Shown here: positions 39,170-51,430 of the stretch, piece by piece | Layout: every line of letters begins with the position of its first letter | Numbering within the stretch: position 1 is the stretch's first letter | NCBI GenBank assembly: GCA_013239625.1 | Contig: MU053472.1 | Location: 806,001 to 870,000, forward strand | Length of the DNA: 64,000 bases | Source: Lama guanicoe | Taxonomy: Eukaryota | Direction of reading: 5' to 3' | Notes under the pieces: generated by a model | Told to the model about the DNA's origin: nothing | Database searches by the model: none | What the model saw: only the letters and a program-made list of their open reading frames with translations | Position numbers and translations under genes: made by a program

Positions 39170-39350
39170 GGTCCAATACTATTTTATTTAATCCTCTTGA
39201 CAACCTTCTGTCACTAGCCCATTTACAGATGGCAAATGAGACACAGAGAGGTTAAGTCGCTTGCCCCAAGGTCACACAGCTGGAAAGCGGTAGAATCAGG
39301 GTTGGAACTCAGACTGTCTGACCCCTGAGTCCATAGTCTCAGACTCTGCC
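39170..39350 (-). mobile_element. MIR SINE
   Basis: cccatttacagatggcaaatgagacacagagaggttaagtcgcttgccccaaggtcacacagctgg. Confidence 0.85.
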
Positions 39351-40094
39351 CCGGTGGGAAGCAACAACAACAACAACACAGGCCTGGAAGGCTTACTGGG
39401 CTCCAGGCTTCAGGCTAACCATTTCACCTGGGTTATCAGATAAATCATCTATGCAATGTTTTCTTTTCCAGATGAGGAACAGACTCAGAAGGGAAGGGGC
39501 TCGCTCTGGGACTCCCAGCTCCCAGCTCACATGCTTCTGGCCACAACATAGGGAGATCTTGTAGCCCAGCACTGTCTGTCATCAGGAGGGGGCTAGCCCC
39601 TGCCCTGCCCTCAGGCATCCTATGCTGGGGACAGACACAAGTCCATCTGCCCCAAGACCTAGGTGCCCAGATCCTGCAGCCTGGCCTAATCCCCCTTGCC
39701 CATCCCACATCCCAGCCTTTGCTGGTGCCATCTGGCAGGTGGCAAGGTGCCCACCCCTAGGGTATGGGTGCCGGGGGCTGAGAGGGGAACAGCTGGGAGG
39801 CTGGGCTGACCCTACGAGCAGCAGCCCATCCCTGGGGCTCTGTCTGGGGAGCACAGCAGGGTCACTGCACCTCTCAACCCCTGGGAGACAGGAAGGTCTT
39901 CTCCTACCCTGCCAGCCATGCCAGCTAGCCTCAGAACACCAGGAACCAGCTTGAACTTTTTGCCGTTGGGAATTCCCATCTCTGGGACCTCACCCCTGCC
40001 GTACAATTCCCTTCACTGAAAGAACATGGGGTGCAAGGGCTTCCCAAATGCCCTCACCAGAGTACTGAGCTCACTGGATTGCCATGAGCTGCTG

Positions 40095-40545
40095 AGTAGC
40101 AGCAGCTTACACATCTGGGCTCTTACCACGTGCCAGGCTCTGTTCTAACCATTACAACTATAACCTTTACAACCATTCACTCATTTAATCTTCACACAAT
40201 TCTGGAAGGTAGTTGCAACTCTTATCCCCATTTCACAGATGGGAAAACTGAGCTACAAAGAAGTTAAGTAACTTGCCCAAGGTCTCACTGCTAATAAATG
40301 GCAGCGTTGGGACTAGAACCCAAGCGGTCCAAGTTCTCAACGTTGCTTTTGTGCCTCTTACAAGCCAGGCAGTGTTCTGGGGGTTTTGTATGGATTCGTC
40401 CATTTAATCCTTAGAATGCTGTTATGATCATTCCTATTTTACAGATGAGGAAACTGGGGGGCACCGAGAGGTACTGTAGCTTGCCTCAGTCACATAGCTA
40501 AGAAGAGGAAGTGGCGGGGTTTGAACCCAGGCAGTCTGGCTGGTC
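40095..40545 (-). mobile_element. Two tandem MIR SINEs (~40095-40340 and ~40360-40545)
   Basis: Both carry catttaatc...attt(c/t)acagatg(g/a)g(a/g)aaactg...ttgcc...ggtc/agtc cores. Confidence 0.85.
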
Positions 40546-41654
40546 ACAAGGATCCCGAGGGCTGTGGGCGAAAGGGCTCAGTAAAGTGTTGTAAGAATAA
40601 CTGGAGGTGGGCTTGTTACTGCCTTCTCCAATCCCAGTAGCCTCCTTCTGCCTCCCCTCTCCCCGTCTCCCCTTCTCCCCACCGTCCCATCCTCAGTGGT
40701 CACAGCCAGAAAGGCAAGGCGCAGGGAGGAGAGAGCAGCTGTGAGCCGGGCGGGCAGGCGGGCGCGGGCAGAGCCAGCACATGCTCAAGACGTCTCTTCT
40801 GTGGCCAATTAAACAAATTGCAGCAAAACAGCATTTTATTAGTATTTGCCCATAGCAGTCTGGGGCTGCAATAAATTTCCTCCTGGCTGCAGTGCTGGAG
40901 AGGCGGGTGGAGGGGGGGTGTGTGTGTATGGAGGAGAGATCGGTACCGTCGATGGGGGGCGCGGGGAGCAGGGTGTGGGAGAGAGAGCTGGCATGTTAAG
41001 CAGGGGATGGTGGAGGAGAAACATCAGGAATGGCCCTGGGGGCTCTTGGGTATCAGAGTGGCTGTCTTCCCAAACAACCGCTCCGCTTCATCATAAACAC
41101 AGTGAGTTATGAGGCGGTGTTGCGCGCTGCACGCCAGCAGCGGTGCCAGTGGAGCTGCCTGCCCGGGTGGGTGCGGGGATCGGGGTGGGGGCAGAAGCCC
41201 GGGGCCTGGCTATGGGTCCCACCCAACTGCATGGCTCCTGCCCTGGGTCCAGCCCTCTCCATGGGATACCTGAGTTGCTGAAACGGTCTCCTCACTGCTC
41301 CCTCTTCCTCCAAGTTCTATTCACTCATTCGTTCACTTGAGAAGCATTTATTAAATGCCTGCTGTTTGCCAGGTCCTGGAGTGAACTGTCTCTAAAGCAT
41401 CTCATTCTTCTGTTTAAAACATCTTTATTGCTTCCCTGCTGCCTTCAGCATTAATCTCAAGCTTCTGATCCTTGTGTTTTAAGATGCTTCATAAGCAGGC
41501 TTCTGTCTCCCACTTTAGCCTCTTCTGTGGCCATCCTCTCCGCCCCTCTAACACTAATGAGAAGAGCAGCTAACACTTATCGAATGTGACGTGGTGGTGT
41601 GATGGATACAGTGCTTTACCCATGTTAGCTCCTGGCGTCCCCATCACAACCCCC

Positions 41655-42045
41655 AGTCAGCATGGGCTAAGTTATGCCGTGGTGACAAACAGCTCCCAAG
41701 TCTCAGTGACTTAAACAACCAAGGTTGCGTGGTAAAGTGTGTGTCCAATGTGCATCATCAGGGACTCCGTTCACCAGAGAGACTTAGAGACCCAGACCAA
41801 CCGCACAGTCATGTCTCAGGCATCTTTGGGCGCTGCACTGGGCCAGGAAGGAAAACAGCTCTGGAGGTCCTCCCACTGACCATGAAACACCCAGGCCCAG
41901 AAATGACACTTCTGCTCGCAACTCTTGGGCCTGGCCTAGTCACAGGACCCCACCTAACCACAGCAGGGCCAGAAAATCACTCCTACCTGTGCCTGGAAGG
42001 GGAGATACCAAAAGTGTTCGGTAAATTGCATTAATCACTACCACA
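41655..42045 (-). mobile_element. MLT1J/K-like LTR inserted into a MIR
   Basis: agtcagcatgggctaagttatgccgtggtgacaaacagctcccaagtctcagtgacttaaacaac...ctaccaca; MIR halves on both sides (~41565-41655 and ~42045-42160). Confidence 0.75.
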
Positions 42046-43413
42046 ACCATAATTAGCCTCTATTAACAGATGAGGACATGGATGCACAGAGAGGTTAAGC
42101 AAACTGCCCAAAGTGACACAGCCAGAAAGTGGAGCTGGACTTCAAACATAGGCGTTGGGCTCCACCCCTGCACAGCAGCCTCAGTTTCCTTACTTCTGCA
42201 TGCCTTGCTCATGCTTTGCCTCTGCCAAGAAATGTCCTCCCACCACTTCTCAGCCTGGTAAACTTCCTACTCAACCATCAAGACCCTGCAGGATACCCTC
42301 TCTCCTCTCTGGTTCCAGGCAGAGGGAACTGCTCCTATCTCTAAACCTGCACAGCACCCGTAGATGCCACCACTATGACGCTGATGGCACCGTCTTGAGC
42401 AGTTTCAGTGCCCTGCTGAGGTCGCAGAGGGACAGGACCCACTTTCTTGTCTTGGCACGCTTGCTGGCATTGAACTGGCCTGGGGCTGCCTGGCAGGGGT
42501 TGGGGATAGTAGGCATGGAGGCCTAGCTGGCACGTGGAGGGAAAGCTCACCCCCCTTCCCCTTCTGGAAGTTCCCGGACTTAGGCCCTCTCTTTCCTGAG
42601 ATCCCAGACTAATGAGACACGAAGCTGGAGGAAGAGAGACACGGTGGAGCTCCGGAGGCTGGCCTGGGGTGGGAGTAGCAGGCCCCGCCCGAAACCTTCC
42701 TGAGAGCACCGAACGGTCAGCAGCTCCCAGGACCTGCGCAGAGCCCTACCTCCTGGCTGTGGGCCCAGCTGTCGGGCTGTTCCAGCTGAGAACCCTCAGC
42801 CACAAAGGTGTTTTTTTTTTTTTTAACCTAAATTACATTCCCTCCTCTCCCCACCTATCTCCCAGCCTAGACAGGCTAACCCAGATCAAACCAGTCCTTT
42901 CCCCACAACCCCTCAAGCACTGCTGGGTTTCAGGAGCCAGGTGCCAAGGGACCCCCTCCCCAGCCCTCCTCCTACAGGGTAGAAGGTGAACAAAGGGAGC
43001 GGGAGGTGGGTTGGGGAGGTCCAGGCCAGGCCCACCTCACGCTCACTGTCAACCCCAGCCCCTGGCCACACTGCTCTCCCTCCCACTGGAAAGAGCCAGC
43101 CCCTTGCTGCCTCCCTCTCTGCCTTCTCCACCTCTGGCCAGCATCCCTTTTCCTCCAGGAAAATGTCCTTATCTTTTTAACAGCCAGGAGGCTGCATTTC
43201 CTCATTTGAGAGCCCTCCCTTTCCACTGCCGAGGCCCCTTCCCGCTGTGCCCCTGGGCTGGCACACAGTAGGGATTCAGTGAGTATTTGCTGAGTGCATG
43301 AATGAATGAAAAATACTCCATTCAAGAGAGACAGCGTATCACTTTCCACGCCCTGGTGGGGAAACCGAGCCTGAGAACCCCCATCTTCATCTCCTTAAAA
43401 GGATCATTATTTT

Positions 43414-43537
43414 TAGAAAAGAAACTGAAAAAATCAATACACATGTATATGTATACCTGAACTGCTTTGCTGTACACCTGAAACTAACATTGTAAAGCAA
43501 CTGCACTTCAATCAAAAACAAGAATAAAAAAGTGAAA
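43414..43537 (+). mobile_element. Very short L1 3' end with TSD
   Basis: ctttgctgtacacctgaaactaacattgtaaagcaactgcacttcaat plus A-rich tail; TSD AAAAGGATCATTATTTT (43397-43413) / AAAAGGGTAATTATTTT (43538-43554). Confidence 0.85.
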
Positions 43538-44159
43538 AAAAGGGTAATTATTTTGCTGATATCGAGTCGTTTCACCCCACATCTTAATTTATGAACCCCT
43601 AATGGTATCTAAACCCTGCTGGCCCCCCAAGAGCAAGGCAACTATGGCTCTCCTGTTCTCAGCAGGGTTATACCAAAGCCTGAGAAAATATGCCCTCAGT
43701 TGGTCAGCCAACAGCATTTACTGAGCAACTAGTATGTGCAGGGCGTGGTTTTCTTGAATGTGTGCTCCATCCTGGAGTGCGTGCGTGGGACTTGGGGCCT
43801 GGGACCCTCAAACAGCAAGGCAGGGAGGCCAGGGTCAAGACCTCGGATGACTTGGGCTGGGGCCAAGGTGATGCACCGGGGCCACTGGGCTGGAGAGCAG
43901 GGCTGGAAGCTTCATCCTGGTCTGGCTGAGCCACAGGGAGTAAGGGGACCCCAGGAATGGTTTGAGTCAGTGGGAAAAGAGCCCCACCCTCTAGTGAATC
44001 AAGTCTAGCACATCGAGGGTGGGCTTCAGCATTAACAAATGGCCTACGGGTGGCGTGGGGTGGAGGTGTCAGCTGAGCAAGGCTGGGGGAGATGCCGTGA
44101 CTGGGTGGAGGGAGGAGGGGATGTATACACCTGTATGATCACACGTGCTGCCCCTACGT

Positions 44160-44310
44160 TAACAAAGCACTTCCACCTTCCTAGGGATGTGTCGCCCACA
44201 GCTCAGTGAGATATTTCCACTTCACAGATGAGAATCCTGAGGCTCAGAGAGGTGGAGTCATTTGCCAGAGATCACACTAGTGATGAGATGAATCTTAACC
44301 CAAGTCCTCC
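44160..44310 (-). mobile_element. MIR SINE
   Basis: ccacttcacagatgagaatcctgaggctcagagaggtggagtcatttgcc. Confidence 0.75.
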
Positions 44311-45529
44311 AAATGACAGTGTTTTTTAATAGGATGCCAACTTGTCTGAGAGTTCTGGGTCATAAAGAAGACAAAGAAACAGCTCGAGACAGCTTCCAAG
44401 TCCCCTAAACAGCAGGAGAGCAGGGAGAAAACAAGGGCCCCCATCAATTCAGTGGTCCTGCTGCAGAACCTGCGGCTCCCAGGCTCCCACACTGACGCAC
44501 AGCCCTGAAGGGGAACGGCGCTTTGGGGCCTCCAAGATGCTCTCTTGGGCTTGCTTCTTGTGAGCCTTAAAAATGTACAATCCCGAGAGGGGCGCGGCTG
44601 GTAAGGCTGTCTGACTTGAAGAAGCTGAAACTCAGAGAGGTGGAGCAACTGGCCCAAGGTCACACAGCAGGTAAAGGTCTGAGCTGGCACTAGAACTGAG
44701 TGTGTGACTCGGAGGCCCTTGCTCTCTGGGTCCTCTTCGTGTCCCCACCCATCTTCCCACCTCCCTTCCCATCTCTCCTCCAAGGGCTGAGCTGGCAGTT
44801 TCTGGGCATCAGACTCTGCCACTCTCCTCTCAAGATAGCTGGGCCTTTATGAAGAATTCCCAACCCCTTCCCTGGAGAGAAACACCAGGCATCTGGGCCA
44901 GGCCCCAAGTGGCAAGGCTCTGGCTAGGGGTTTGGGCCAGAAGTGGTAGGTTTTCCAAAGACCCAGCTGGGTGAGTTCTCTCACTGGGGCCCCCAGTCTC
45001 CCCTCCCTCCGGTTTGAATCCCCAGTGGGATCTTGGGCCCATTAGCGGACACCTCCCCCCGCTGGGGTGCTCCACGTGGAGGAGGCAACACCGCGGGTGC
45101 TGGGCGAGGGTGACTGACAGCAGCGGTGCACGATGAAGATAACTGCTCCTGACAGATGAAGACGCAGCCCAGGCAAAAGCTACATCCTATTTAGCTTTTA
45201 ATTTGGAGGCCCCGAGAGTGAATCCTGAAGCTCCCCGCTCTTGTCCTCACGTGCAAAGTGGATCTGACTTTCAGGAAATGACTTGAAGTGAAACCACATT
45301 ACTTATCAGCATGTCGCTGGGATGCACCGCCTTCACGCTCCCGCCCTCCATCCCTGAAGGGCGCAGGGCTTCTGCTCGGGTCCCCTCACACACACCTCTA
45401 TCTTTTCGAGGGGCAGCTAGCGTGGCCTGGGGCCCTGGGAACTCAGGGGTGCGTGGGTGGACAGCTGTGTTCAGCTGTAAGCTTGGAACTGGGAAACCAC
45501 CACCAGTAATTTCATAGAAATCAAGGACC

Positions 45530-45845
45530 TGCAAATGACAGCCCATTATCTAAATCCAGCCTGCCCAACCCCATTTTAATTGGGCCAGGAGCTGAGAATG
45601 ACTTTTAAAAGGTTAAAAGAATTAAAAGAAATTCTGCAACATGTGAAAATCACATGAAAATCAAATTTCAGCATCCACAAATAAAGTGGTGTCGGAACAC
45701 AGCCATGGCGGCTCAATTATGTGTTGTTCATGGCTGCTTCTGAGCCATTACAGCAGAGCAGTCGTGACAGAGACAGTATGACCCTCATAGCTTAAAACAT
45801 TTACTCTCTGGCCCTTTACAGAAAAAGTTTGCTGACTTTCGACCG
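45530..45845. mobile_element. MER58B-like hAT-Charlie DNA transposon fossil
   Basis: catgtgaaaatcacatgaaaatcaaatttcagcatccacaaataaag...ggaacacagcca...atttactctctggccctttacagaaaaagtttgctgac. Confidence 0.85.
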
Positions 45846-46302
45846 AAATTCTAATTTCCCCCAGTTGAAAGCTTTTAAAAGTCAATTGGTGGTGGTGGTG
45901 GTGATGGTAGGAACAGAGGAGGAGTCATTCTGAAGCCTCCCCCACCTTTGGCAAGATCAGGGCACATCTGCTAACTCTTCCCACACCCCGACAGCTCAGG
46001 TCAACACCCAGGTGTCACTGTGTCGGGCACTAACTCCAGTCAGCCCCGGGGACAGGGAGGGGAGATAGACGATCAAGTCCTGCTTCCGTGCTCCAGCCTT
46101 CACGTGCAGGATTAAGCCCCAGGGGACAATGGTGAGTGCCCCTTGCCCTTCCATTCAGGGTGTTCACAGTCTGAGGTGGGAGGGCTAGACAGACAAATAA
46201 ACAAAACCACCGTGTGGCAGGTGTGACTTGTGAAGATACGCCCCAGGGGGCAGAGGAGGGGGTGTACCTAGCCCAGCCTGGGGTCTTATGGAAGCTTCCT
46301 GG

Positions 46303-46480
46303 ACAAGTAGCGCTTAACCCTGGCTGCACCTGAGAAATCACCACGAGGCCTTTGGAAACCGTGCTGGACCTGAGCCCCTCCGAGACTCAGGTTCCATCCG
46401 TCTCACGGGGTCCTGGTCATGGCTAAGTTTTTAAAGTCTCTCAGGTGATCTGAACGTTCAACCAGGGCTGTGAGCCCTGA
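46303..46480. mobile_element. MER5B-like DNA transposon fossil
   Basis: cttaaccctggctgcacctgagaaatcacc...tttttaaagtctctcaggtgatctgaacgttcaaccagggctg. Confidence 0.7.
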
Positions 46481-48009
46481 ACTGGGGTGAGTAGGAATTG
46501 GCTGGGTGAAGCGGGCATAAGGTGGTCCAGACGGGGCAGGGGACGGACAGGGACAGAGGCAGGGATGCCCTCCACGCATGCATGAGCTGCCCCGGCCCGC
46601 AGGCCACTGGGCCCTTCCCCACAGCACGTCTCCCCTCCCATCTCAGGTCCTCAGGCAGCCCTTCTCCTGGGCGGAAGTACTCCCCCCATCCCGATAACCC
46701 CCTTATCTCTTCAGGAAAAGTGCTGATTCGATCAGACTCATTCACAAACGGAGCCAATTCCCTGAGCTCAGGGAAAAGAATGTCCCTCAGTGTTAAAATA
46801 AGGGAGGAAATGATAATCTACACATCATTAGGTCAAATGCCCCCTGGCCCCCCCTTCCCTCACGCCCCAAACGTGCTGTGATTTAATCCCAGGGCGGAGA
46901 TCTCTCCAGGCCCAGGTGAGAAGGCGTTTTGAGCCTCCCCTTCACACTGGCCCCTGTGGAATTCCCTCTGGAAGAAGGCCTGAAGGAGAGGGAGGTCTGT
47001 TGAGGGGCGGGGTTCTAGTCTGGGCCTCCCCTCTCTGGCCAGTCCAGCTGCTGGTCCCCCCCCACCCCTGGCCTGGCTCCCTGGCCCTATCTTTGATCGC
47101 TCAGGTAATGGCCTGGCCTGTGCTCAGCGGAGGCAGGGAATAGAGTTAGCACCCACGCTCTGGGAGCCCTGACAGCCCGTTTAACAAGGTGTCCAACATC
47201 CCATTTCCTCTGCACTTCCTCTCGCCTTAATCCTTTTATGCGAAACTCACTCAGGAGCAAGCCCTGTGAAATTGAGGCCTCTCGGTACACACGGCCTGGC
47301 CGCTCCCTGCTCCTCCCCGGGCACGGCCCCCTCCCATCCCAGGCGCCTGGGAAAGGCATGCGCGGGCAAGGGGAGGGGGCCTGGGTACCCCAGAGGGTCA
47401 CCCCCCCAACTCTGGAGTGTGGGCACCTCTGAGATGGCACAGAGTCGCTGTCCCAGAGCTGGGGCTTCTGGAGCTGCTGCCCAGGCCAGCGTCAGCTCCC
47501 GCTCCCTCCTCCCCTGTCCTGGGTGGGGGGCCCTCAGGCCTGGAGCCATAATTGGAAGAAGGAAGCTCCTGGGGGCTCCAAGGAAACCCCTGACCCCATG
47601 CCCTATCCCTTCCAAGAAAAACAAATCATTAACATTTTAGCATTAACACCCCATGGCGGGAAATGACAGTCCTCCAGGCCAGCAGCCAGGGCACAGATAA
47701 AAGCCAGGTTATCCTGCATGAGGTTGGTGGCGGACAGAAAATGTTAATGCTCCTGGAGGGGCAAGTGGGAAAAGACAGCGCTCAGGCCTCCACCTTCTCT
47801 GGCTCGACTTCCTTCTGACCTTTGAGTCAGCGCCCTTCCTGCATGGATTCCGTCCAGGTCCCACTCACTGGCCACTTACCACGTGACATTAGGCCAATAT
47901 CTCAGTATCCCCGGGGGGAAAATGGGGCTGAGGCCCCCTCACTCCGGTGGGCAGAGCCCATACTGTCGATACTGGTGTTCCCAACGGTTTCCCGGTCCTC
48001 CCTTCCCTT

Positions 48010-48455
48010 TGACAGAGACCCTTAGCTTAACCAAACTTAATCGGGCTCCTGAACCTTCTCCTAGGCCCATCTGTGCACTTCCTTGTAAAATTCAGTTTTA
48101 GCAAGAACCCTGTTAAGTCAGTCTGGCAAGAGGCCCCCTCCCTACCCCTGTATCTGGTCAGGTCCTCACCCTCCACCCCTACCCACCCCAGGGGATGTCT
48201 GACAACCCTGGCTGTCTTCAGTAAGAATCCTGGTGCATACCCCCTCACCCCTAATGTTTCCTCTTAGTAATTTTCTATCCACTGACCCCCACCTGGCTCC
48301 TTGGCTCTCAAGTCCTACTTCCCGATGCTGTATTTGGAGTCGACCCCCCAGTCCTTGCAAAATCCCATTTCAGTGGCCCCTCTGCTTACTGTGATGGTCC
48401 TGAATCAAGTCTGCCTTACCATCTCCCGAGTGTTATAAATGTTTTTTCTTTAATT
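48010..48455 (+). mobile_element. MER31-like ERV1 solo LTR
   Basis: Starts TGACAGAGAC...accaaacttaatcgggctcctgaaccttctcctaggcccatctgtgcacttccttgtaaaa; 4-bp TSD CCTT at 48006-48009 / 48456-48459. Confidence 0.8.
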
Positions 48456-50669
48456 CCTTCCAAACCAACCCCTGCCATCCACCTGCACTGAGGTCTGCTG
48501 GTGGGGCCGGTGGGGGGTGGGGCGTGTCCAGAACAGGTCCCTCCTCCTTTTGCTCCTCAAACCTGCCTTTGCTGTGGACACAGGACAGGTGAGAGTCACA
48601 CCTGGACAGTCAGCAATGACGGGAAAGGTGGCTCTGGCTTGAGGCGGGTGGTTGTGGCAGGGGCAAAGGCCCCCAGGGTCCCCAAGCTGTCTCCACCCCT
48701 TCTCCCTAGGACTCAGAGCCTCCTGGCCTGGCCCAGAATGCATATTCCGCAGGAGAGGCCCTTTGCCCTCTGAAGTACAGCTTGAAAGGGGGTTTCAGCT
48801 CACCCATGATCGCTAGGTTTGAAGCGTCCCGGTGGATTGTGCTGGATTACACACCGGGCAGGCCAAGCACATGTAAAGTGTGTGCACCAGCAAGGCAGAG
48901 CCACTTCAGTATGGTTTAGGGAAGAATTTAATATTCCTTAGAAAGCATATGTGTAATATGGGGGAATCAGAAACTTGTTGGCCTTCCTTATACCTATGTA
49001 TCCCTGAGCTGGTGGGTTTTTAAATTACATTTGGAGAGGGGCACGGAAAGGTCTTAATGTAGCCCTGATGCCCACACCATCACAGACTCAGACCTCTCCC
49101 TCCCCTGTCCCCGGGTGGGGTTTGGATGGCAGCCTGCACAGGACCACAGGACTCTGGGCAGGGACCCCATCCCAGGTCCTCACTTGACAAAGGAAGGTAG
49201 AGGCCCACCTGCTGTAAGGCAACCCCTCTCCTGGACAGCCCCAAGGTTCTCCCCACCTTGAGGACTGTCACACCTGCCTACCCACCACCTCAGTCTTAAG
49301 GGTCATGGGGTCTGACCCTGTCACTTTATAGAAGAGGAAACAGAGGTCCAGAGAGCTTCCAGGATTTGGCCAAAGAAGACACGCAGCATGGAAGCAGCTC
49401 TGCCAACCCCAGGCCCTGCCATCTCGGCCCCACGGCCCCCTTGAGATTCTGAGGAGGGCCCGGCCGGCTGTCAGCCAGCCTTGGGCCAGGCAGAGAAAGA
49501 TGGTGAGGGATTCCCAGGAGCCAGAAAAAAGCACAGACAGAGACAGATACTGGCTGAAAAAGGGGGACGTGAGTTGTGAAGGGAGACGGAGGGAACAGGG
49601 AAAGGAGGGTAAAACAGAGAGAGAGGAAGATGGAGCGGCCTCCGAGGAATCCTGATCTTTAAAGCTGACTGATAAAAAGCTTGTTCCAAAGACAAATTCT
49701 TTCAAACCAACAGCTCCAATGAGACTTTCCGTCATTCTCCCTATCACAGCCTGGCCCCTTCTCTCCAGGAAGAAGATGAAAGAACATCTTCATCTTCTCC
49801 GCCTCCCGCCCTCCCTCCCTCCTCCCTGCTCTTCCTCCTCTCCCAGCACTTGGCAGAATCAGACCTTTCTCCAACCTCCCAGCTCCTGTGACCCCCACCC
49901 CAACCCGAACCCCCCTTGCCCCTGCTTGTCCCACCTCCCCATTTCCCACTCCCTTCCCCCAATTTCCTGTTTTTTCTGGATCCTTCTGTCCCCTCCCTTC
50001 TCCTGTTTTCTCCCCCTGTCTCCACTGCCATGACTTCTGACATCACCCCTGGGTCTCCATCCCTGAAGATGGAGGGTCCTGGGCTTTTTCCCCTGGATTT
50101 CTGAAGCAGTCACATCAGCCAAACCTCCTTGGCAGGGGAAACTGAGGCCAAGAAGGCCCTGTCTTCTCATCTCCTCCCCTCAGTCCTTGCTGTCCTGGCC
50201 CCAGGCCTAAGCTGGGTCTCCTCTCAGGGTCGTGGGGTGGGCGGTCTCTCCCTGCTCTGCCTCCCCTCTCCCAGCTATGGCTGAGGCCAGGTGCCTCCTC
50301 TCCCTACTCCCTCCAAACTCTCTTTATCGTCCACAATTAGATCCGCCTCCTGCCCACATTTGGGAAACACCTGCCCATTGGGTCTCACCCTGCTTCTAAC
50401 AGGTGTTCCAAAATCCAGAAAAGATTTCCATCTCTTTTTGTACCCCTTCGGGGTCCCCCATTTGTCAAATCTCCATTCCCTTCAAATTCTCTCCCTCTTT
50501 CTCTGGAACAGCCCCTACTTGTTCTTCAAAGCCCTTCTCAACTGCCATATCCTCTGGGAAGCCCTCCCGATTCACTCAGCTGCCCCTTCCAAGCTCATTG
50601 TGCACCAGAACAGCTTGCATGTGGGTCCATTCCTGTCGACAATGTGATTTCCTTGAAAGCATCAACCTC

Positions 50670-51030
50670 ATCACTTTATTTAGCAAACATTTGTTGAGCA
50701 CCTGCTACGTGCCAGGCTGGGAATAGAATGATGACCAGACACTCTTCCTCCCCCTGGAGCTTACACACTATGGGATATAGACCCACAAAAGAGTTATCAC
50801 AGAGGGTGGTAAGCAGTGGGCGGAGGGAAGTGGAGGGCACCTAACCCAGCTTGGAGAGTTGGGAAGGCTTCCTGGAAGAGGTGAATGAGATTTACTCAGG
50901 TGAAGAACAGGGAGAGGAGGTCCTGGACCGAGGGCACTAAAAGCGAGAGAGAGAGTGGCTCAGATGGGGACATGAAGGGGTAGGTCAGATGGGAGCCTTG
51001 GTGGGAGTGGCAGGCGGATAGAGATGAGGG
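50670..51030 (-). mobile_element. L2 LINE fragment
   Basis: tttatttagcaaacatttgttgagcacctgctacgtgccaggc...gggaaggcttcctggaagaggtga. Confidence 0.75.
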
Positions 51031-51209
51031 ACCCAGCCTCAATCATCACCTTTCACCAGGACCTTGGGCTGTGTCCACAGCCCAGAGTAGGGGCCAGGTA
51101 AGTTTCTTGACACTGAATGAATGGAGTCCAGCTAATACACACTAACCCAGTGTCTACCATGTGCAGGGCACTGGGGCTTGGCATAGAAGACAAAATTTAC
51201 AAGGATAAG

Positions 51210-51430
51210 AATAATAAACAATAGCTAACATGTATTAAGTTGCTCACCTACTGTGTGCCTGGGACTGTGCCCCATGTTTTATAGGCGTCATCACATTTAT
51301 TCCTCGTGGCAGCCCTGTGTGGGATGATAATGTTGATTCCCGTAGCCTGATAGGTGTGCTCAGGCACAGAGAGGTGAAGGGAAATTTCCAAAGTCACATT
51401 AGAGCCAGTATTGGAACATTGGCTTAATTG
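51210..51430 (-). mobile_element. MIR SINE
   Basis: aatagctaacatgtattaagttgctcacctactgtgtgcc...aggcacagagaggtgaagggaaatttccaaagtcaca. Confidence 0.75.

Noticed and set aside
46238..46256. CTCF-like motif gccccagggggcag
   Set aside because: Mismatches at informative 5' positions and lies in probable L2-derived sequence
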